DNA from: the human T2T-CHM13v2.0 reference genome, Homo sapiens
Length of the DNA stretch: 64,000 bases
Direction: 5' to 3' (one strand)
Assembly: GCF_009914755.1 (NCBI RefSeq)
Contig: NC_060928.1
Positions within the stretch are counted from its first letter, which is position 1; each line of letters opens with the position of its first letter. Made by a program: the position numbers and the translations under genes. Positions 56,313 to 64,000 of this stretch are shown in pieces. The notes below the pieces were generated by a model. It was given only the letters and a program-made list of their open reading frames with translations. It ran no database searches and had not been told where the DNA came from.

Positions 56313-58911
56313 GCCCAGAGGGACAGTGAAACTATGGAGAAGCCATAAGTTGGACTCTGAACTCTCAGGGTTTCCTCGAGTGTTACCCGTGCCATCTGGA
56401 GGAAAGGAAACTAGGGCAGCTGCGTGAGGTCACTGTCAGCTCCTAGTAAGGAGCCCACAGGTGAGGAACCGAAAAAGGGAGAGTTCAACTCTAGAGTTTC
56501 CAGGCAGCCGCGCAGCCCCAGTATGCTAATGGGTCCAAAGAAAGCACCTCAACCTCCTGCCACAAGATGGCCCAGAGAGGGCTCTGTTTTGACTTAAACT
56601 TTTAATTTCTGCCCCTTCTATTTCTGATCCTCAGGGCATTCAAGTGTGCACTCCCAGGAGCTTGCTCGGCAAAGGAAGGCCTGAGAAACTAACAAATAAT
56701 AACCTCAGCCTCAAGACCGCGGACTGTCTGGCACAGGAAGTTATTCATTCCGCCAGATACAACGAGCTAGTGTCCCCCTCAAAGGCGCCCTTTGCCAGTC
56801 TGAACAGAAAGCCATGGCTTGGGAACAACTGATCTTCCTCACCGAGGGTTCTGCTGTGGTGATGACAGCCACCAGACAAACCTTGTAATCAGCTGAGTCT
56901 TCTTAGTTACACTAAATGAAAAAGCAACATAAGGCCTTAAATCAGTTTTACAGTGTGACTCTGGATATTAAGAGTGGCACTGTGGAGTCACAATATAACT
57001 GTTGCTTATTAGTTTTAACCAAGACGAACATAATGAATTTTTCCACGCACAATACTGTGGCACTACCACTAAAACAAAATACTGGAAAATTATCAAGTTC
57101 TATGGTGAATTCACAGTGTCAACAGCTAAATTAATAATTGGACTAAAAAACATACTTTTCAGTTAATCACCCAATATGTACCTACTGAGAGCTTTCTATG
57201 TGCCCGGACTATGCCCTGCAAACAGGCATAGGCCCTGTCTGTAAGAAGAAATTTAGCTAAGGACACAAAACCAACATGCATGTAACAGGGAGTGAAAAAT
57301 TATGTGCAAGACTCAGTAATTCAGCCTAACAAACAGCTTATGCCTGAAATTATTTAGATCCTTCCAGTAGCATGGATCTGTGATAAAATTCCCCCATCTA
57401 AACATCTCACAGGCTGCTCCAAGACAACATGACCAAAATGGACTCATGATTTTCTCCCCTAGTTGATCACTAAGTCCTGCTGATTTCACCTCCTCCTCTT
57501 CCCCATTTCTACCCCAAGGCACATTTCATCATTGGCTTGGACTGTGACAATACTGTATGTAGGCTCCTAACTGGTCTCCCTCTCTCCAGCCTTTTTCCTT
57601 TCAAATGCTTCATCCATCTCAGGCTTCAGAGAAGCCTGTCAAAAGTGCCTAAGGGAACAGATACTCCACCCCTGCTCAAAGGATAAAGTCCACAGTCCTT
57701 GACCTGTTGTGATCTGATGCAACTGCGTCACCTGTCGCTGTCTTTTCCTGGTAGGCACTTTATGCACCAGTAACACGCAACCATCTACTGTTACCTAGCA
57801 CCCACCACACAAGTTCTCAGCCAGTGCCTTGGCCTGAGTCACTCACCGCCCTTCACCCAGAAGTCTCTGCAGGGCCCTTATCACCTGGTTCACTTCTACT
57901 TGGGCTTCAGGGCTCAATTCAGAAGTGCCATCTCTCAGAAGGCCCCTCTGAACTATGTGTTTTCTCTCTGCTTTCATGAAACTTCACAAGTTTTATAAGG
58001 AAAATGTGTTCATTAGTCTTTAGTGTCAGATTGGGTCTGATACTAAGAACTGTATCTTTTTCATGGATCCCCAGCACATAACATGGTTTCTGGCACAGAA
58101 GGGACACAATAAATAATTAATGAAGAAACAGATGATACCGCAGCGTAGAGCACAACGCTGTGCCAGGCATTCATCTTCTGCTGTTTACCCAGTTCTTCTT
58201 GGTAAAATCTTCAATGTGGCAAAATGCCGCATATTCTAAATAATATGTAAGAAAGGTGATCTGAATAAATAAAAAGTCTGAATTTCAGTACTGCAGAATC
58301 AAGAAGAGACAGTAACTTTCTTAGCTGCAAATATTATTTTTCAAGGAGACATTTTGGCCTCCTTTCATAAATGGTTAAGACTAGTTTGGAATTAGCAGGG
58401 TCTATTTTTATGCATAATTAATATGCCAAAGGCACACAAACATTAGTTCTAAGTCTGTTAGATCTGTCTTTAGCAATTTTGGTTTTAATGAATTTTTTAT
58501 AACATCCTTTTTCATAGCAAGTATAGCATAGGATTTTCACAACCTTAAAACTGATGAAACTCTTTCATTCTTTCCACAAATATTAACTTAGCAATTCCTT
58601 TGTGCTAAGCCACTGTTCTAGGTATTGGAGATATAATGGTAGACAAGATCTCCTACCTTCTCATTTTATTGGTGAATTCTAAAAACTCCTTGATATAACA
58701 AGGAACAAACTAGACTTGTAAGCAATAAAACATCACATTTATCTAAGGGAAAAATACCTAGATATTATGATAAATTATCAATCTACAGAAATTTCTATAT
58801 TCATATTAGAAGAGATGTTTAAAGTAGCAGATAACATTACTACAAATGTGCAGAAAAAGTCATGTGTTGCCTCCAATTTCTATTCACAAATGATGCTACT
58901 GATTGTTGTTA

Positions 58912-59229
58912 CTTTATTTTTTATTTATTCAGTTACTTATTTATTTTTTGAGAGGGAGTCTCATTCTGTTGCCCAGGCTGGAGTGCAGTGGCATGACTCG
59001 GCTCACCACAACCTCCGCCTCCCGGGTTCAAGCGATTCTCCTGCCTCAGCCTCTCGAGTAGCTGGGATTACAGGCACACATGACCACACCTGGCTAATTT
59101 TGTATTTTTAGTAGAGAAAGGGCTTCACCATGTTAGTCAGGCTGATCTTGAACTCCTGATCTCAGGTGATCTGCCCACCTCAGCCTCCCAAAGTGTTGAG
59201 ATTACAGGTGTGAGCCACCGTGCCCAGCC
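58912..59229 (-). mobile_element. AluS
   Basis: Reverse-complement Alu; TSD tgttgttactttA. Confidence 0.88.
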
Positions 59230-59660
59230 TGTTGTTACTTTAAATCAGGTAAATGCTACTCCATCCATTCCCTACCCATTCCATTATATTTGTCACAGAA
59301 AATTTGGACAATGAAGAAAGTAAAAGGAACAAAATTTAAATCCCCTGTAATCCACACTATCGCTGTTAACATATGGGTTTATTTCCCTCTGGTCTAGTCA
59401 TATATATGTGTATTTTAAACAAAATTGAGATCATATGTATTGTATCATTTTTTGACTCATCTTTTATAAACGATTATCCTTGTTATTAAATAGGTTTTGA
59501 AACTGTTATTTTAATGTCTGTATACTAATCCACTGTATTAGTATATTTAAAAAAATATACTAAATCAGTTTATTTAATCATTCTTTTACTATAGGACATT
59601 TGTGTTGCTTTCATGCTGAAGTAAATGTTCTTGAATATATTTGTCCAAATTAGTGAATAA

Positions 59661-59944
59661 TTTTGTTTTCTTTTTTTGAGACAGAGTCTTGCTTTTGTCA
59701 CTCAGGCTGGAGTGCAGTGGTGCAATCTTGGCTCACTGCAACTTTTGACTGTCATGCCTCAGCCACTGGAGTAGCTGGGATTACAGGTGCACACCACTAC
59801 ACCCAGCTACTTTTTGTATTTTTAGTAGAGATGGGGTTTAACCATGTGGGCCAGGCTGGTCTCTAACTCCTGGCCTCAAGTGATCCACCTACCTCGGCCT
59901 CCCAAAGTGCTGGGACTACAGGCATGAGGCACCACACCTGGCCC
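59661..59944 (-). mobile_element. AluS/J with internal deletion
   Basis: Reverse-complement Alu; TSD caaat(t/c)agtgaataattt. Confidence 0.88.
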
Positions 59945-61594
59945 AAATCAGTGAATAATTTCTTAGAATAGACTCCTAGATTGGGATTATTGGGTCTAGA
60001 GACAAAAAGTTTTCATGAACTCATCAGCCTTTAAATATCAACAAGTTGCTCCAGAAAGCAGTGTATGAGCAACCATTTCAGCATATCCATCCCAATATTG
60101 GTGTTTAAGGTTTTCAGAAATCTTTGCTTCCTCAGTAGTGGCAAAATAGCATCTTCTTGTTTGAACTTGCATTTCTTGAATTACTGGAGAAGCATAACAG
60201 TTTTTACCATGTATGAAGTGAGACTGTTTTAAAACAAAAGTAAAAGAATCTTCAACCAGCATAAGCTTCCATTTGGGTACACAGAAGGCTGGTCAGAGAC
60301 AGAACTGAGAACAACCTCTCTGAGCTGTGTGTAGTGAACATGGAGTCGCTGGCCAGGCTGACACCTGACCTGCAGATGAAGGAACAGATGCAGGCTGGAT
60401 TAGCTTGACTGCTGAACACTGACATGACTTAATACAGCCACAACCCAAGTCAGCCTAACAGCAATCTTTTGGGAAGGCAACACCATGAGAGTGGTGAAAC
60501 CAGCTGTCCTGATGTAAGCCACTTCCAAGTGATAAAAATAAGCACTCAGGGAATCCATTAGGCTTTCACGGGAATCAGTAATACCTTTAAGGAAAGTTTC
60601 GGGATTCGAGAGCACTACTGGTTGTTCTTTAAGGTCAGTAAAGTGCTACTTCATAATTAAACACAACTTAAGCATCCATGTTGCCATCTGCACAGTCTAA
60701 ATTCATCCAGAGATAATGCAGACCAACTTGGAGAACTTGCCCTAATTGTGTATGGATGGTATATTGGCCTAATTGTATACTGGACTCCAGATTAATAAAA
60801 CTCATCAAATGGCAAAACACCAATTGATTTGCTTTGTTTTTTAAAATTGCTCCCTGAAACGAAGCAAACCCAACCCAGACTCATGCAGTAATTTAAGTAA
60901 TTTCCACTGTTTACATAAAAGAAAGAAACTGCCATTAACATTCTACTCTTATTCCCTGACCTTATTTTAACTCAGTAAAAATGTATTGGCATTCATTTAT
61001 TTATGTCACTGTTGCTTAACTCATTTTCATTTTGCAACTGTCATAATTTTAACTAATGAGCTCTGATAGTTCAGATTCAAATGTAGCTCATGGGTGAACT
61101 GTACTTTGTTTATAAATTACATACAGGACAATATGGTGGAATGACAATCCCAAAAAACCTCCTGCTACAAAATACCCACTAACTTATTTTTGAAAGTTTC
61201 TAGGTGATTACAAATGTACAGCCAAGTTTGAGAACTGATGACCTAAAGGGAAAAAAAGCAGCTACCGATAGAAACTTAAACATAGAACCAGGTGAAAATT
61301 GGGAGCGGGAGGGGAATATATATATACATATATGGGGAGTGGGGAGGCGGGTGAGAAAGAGGAGTTTCAGATGTGAATAAATAAGAAATAAGGCCACGGA
61401 AACAAGGCCCACATTCTGTGTGTAACTTGCACAGCCAGTCTCATTATTTTGCAACCTGTTTGGTTGTGATTATATCTCTCAAAATTGAAATAAGTAATAT
61501 TTTCATTACCTACCTATTTCTATGTCTCCTCTTCCACTACTGTTGATTATCAGAAGTACAGTGTTAAAAGAAAATATCCTTAAAATGGGAATTG

Positions 61595-62240
61595 TGGGCG
61601 CTGGGAGGACTGGTGAGATGTTAGTCAAAGGACACAAAATTTCAGTTTGATATAAACAAATTCAAGAGATCTAATGTACATCATGGTGATCACAGTGGAT
61701 AACAATATATTGGGCCAGGCACAGTGGCTCACGCCTGTAATCCCAGCACTTTAGGAGGCAAAGGTGGGAGGATTGCTTAAGCTCAGGAATTTGAGACCAG
61801 CCTGGGCAACACAGCAAGACCCCATCTCTACAAAAAAATATTTAAAAATTAGCCTGGCATGGTGCACACCTGTAGTTCCAGCAACTTTAGAGTTTAAGGC
61901 AGGAGGATGGCTTGAACCCAGGAGGTCAAGGCTGCAGTGAGCCATGGTAGTGGCACTGTACTCCAGCCTGGGTGACAGAGAGAAGCCCTATCTCAAAACA
62001 AAAACAAAAACAAAAACAAAAATAAAATAAAATAAAACCCCAAAATATTGTATATTTGAAAAATGCTGAGATTAGATTTTGTGTTCTTACCACAAAACAA
62101 AGATAAGTAATTGAGGTAAGGTGTATGTTAAACAGCTTGATTTAGCCATTTCACTATGTATATCTATATGTATATCTCTCTCAAAACATCATGTTGCATG
62201 CCCTAAATATGTACAATTTTGACTTGTCAATTAAAAAATG
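61595..62240 (+). mobile_element. L1MA 3' end interrupted by an AluJ (~61713-62037)
   Basis: gtcaaaggacacaaaatttcagtt...ttcaagagatcta...tatattg|Alu|tatattgtatatttgaaaa. Confidence 0.8.
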
Positions 62241-62625
62241 AATTTTAAAAAATGGGACTTGTGATGAGTGATTACATTAGTGTAACAATGGCACTCTGCC
62301 TCACACTGTCTCTGGAAAGTGTGTAAAATTCAGATGCTGAAGGGGCCAGATGGCTAGGGCAAATGAGTGACACAGGCCATGGGTTTGTACATTTGTTTGC
62401 ATGTCAAACCCCAGCAGCAATATTCATTTCTACAGAGAAACATGCCCTCCCCCATTTCTGTTAAACACATGATCCTCTCAAGCTATCTTTCATTTTCCTT
62501 CTTTTGGTAAGGAGTGTCAGATATAGAGAAACATTTCTCTACTCTAAGAAACACAACAGCACATGCACAACAACGGATACCTTCACTGGGCCTTGGGAGC
62601 CAATAAGGGCGCAAAGGACGGTGGG

Positions 62626-62977
62626 TGCTGTGGTCTGAATGTTTATGTCCCCTCAAAACTCCTTTGTTGATATCCTTACCCCCAAGGTGGTGAGATTAGG
62701 AGGTGGGGCCTTTGGAGGTGATTAGGTCACGAGCGTAGAACCCTCTCGAATGGGATTAGTTCTCATAAAAGGTACCCCAGAGAGCTCATTTGCCATGTGA
62801 GGTTAGAGTGAGAAGACCATAATCTATGAGGCAGTGGACCCTCACCATACCCCAAATCTGCCGGGGCCTTGATCTTGGACTTCCTAGCCTCCAGAACTGT
62901 AAGAAATAAATTTCTGTTGTTTATAAGCCACCCAGTCTATGCTATTTTGTGACAGCAGCCTGAATGGACTAAGACAG
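62626..62977 (+). mobile_element. MLT1A-like MaLR solo LTR
   Basis: tgctgtggtctgaatgtt...gaatggactaagaca flanked by a 5-bp TSD gtggg. Confidence 0.8.
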
Positions 62978-63724
62978 TGGGAAACAGGGAAGGCAGGTCT
63001 CTTCTAAGGGTCAGCCTCTTTTCTGCCGAGACAGCTACCACACAGAACTTGGTATGACGAGTACCAAAGAACATCCACATGTTTCAAGAGAAGCTGGAAA
63101 TCTGGACCAATACGTGAAGTTTCCAGATTTTAAAGGTATAAATCATTCATGAGACAAACATGTGACCACTGGCCTACAGAGTGAGGCAAAATGTGAGACT
63201 AAACAACAAAATGCAAACAAAATCATTTCCAAAGAAATTATTTTCTCTATTCATCCAAGTAACACTTACTGACCATCTATTTTGAATAAGACATTGCATT
63301 TGGCAGTAAGAAAAGACACAAAACTAAATACGACAGGACATCTACCTTCAAAGAGAGCTTTCATACTAGATTAAAATACCAAATTACGTCATATGGGTTG
63401 AAAATCCCCGCAGGGCTGAGGCCAGAAGGGAATTACTGAGTAATTCAATTATGGAGATATGAATGCTCTTGTCTACTTTGATCAGCACTCGGGGAAAGAC
63501 AAGAGATTGTGGAACTGGAATTACTGATGGCCCAAACTCCTATTTTTAACACTGGACTCACAGGAAAGCCAAAAGGACACAGTAAATCAAAGACACACCA
63601 AGCAAAATCCTGGTTGTTTGAAAACATTAACAAGATAGCTTCCAAACTGGCCTTACAGGAATATAAAACAGGGATATTATGTATTTTTAAAAATATTCTA
63701 AAAAAATAATTAAATGAAAACTAG

Positions 63725-64000
63725 ATCAACAGTTCTCAAAGTGTGATCTCAGGACCCCTGGGGAGCCCGAAGACCTTCTTAGGAGGCGCCCACAAGGTCA
63801 AAACTATTTTAATACTAAGGTATCATTTGCGTTTTTAATTCTATTATTTCTCTGAGTGTAGAGTGGAGTCTTCCAGAGGTTACGTGATATATAATGATGT
63901 CATATTGGAATATGTGCTTGTGTAGTCTTCTGTTTTAAACATTTCTCAAAAATACATATCAGTTTCAATTTCTAATATTGTAACTATCAATAGGTATGGA
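63725..64000 (+). mobile_element. Charlie-type hAT DNA transposon fragment
   Basis: gttctcaaagtgtg...ggacccctgggg...aggtcaaaactatttt resembles a Charlie terminus. Confidence 0.5.

Overview
Human (primate) genomic DNA, recognisable from the encoded proteins as the NUP54/SCARB2 locus on chr4q21. Both genes are on the minus strand. The window holds the 5' end of NUP54 (CpG-island promoter ~4.5-5.35 kb; coding exons 1-3 encoding the FG-repeat N-terminus; the gene continues below position 1) and a ~10 kb repeat-rich intergenic interval with a full-length MER11 (HERV-K HML-8) LTR. It also holds SCARB2/LIMP-2 coding exons 2-12 plus a ~3 kb 3'UTR; exon 1 lies beyond 64000. All exon boundaries were derived by hand from GT-AG sites and frame continuity. 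Much of the rest is Alu, MaLR/ERV LTR, L1/L2/MIR and DNA-transposon sequence; repeat subfamily names come from memory of consensus sequences and repeat coordinates are approximate. Most notable observations: (1) a 162-nt in-frame FG-rich cassette exon in NUP54 intron 1 that is absent from the canonical protein as I recall it, (2) a candidate 23-nt poison microexon in the same intron, (3) a templated insertion flanked by a 42-bp inverted duplication, and (4) a MER11 5' LTR that retains its primer-binding site and is followed by a strong splice donor. No prokaryote-type system (CRISPR, operon) is present.
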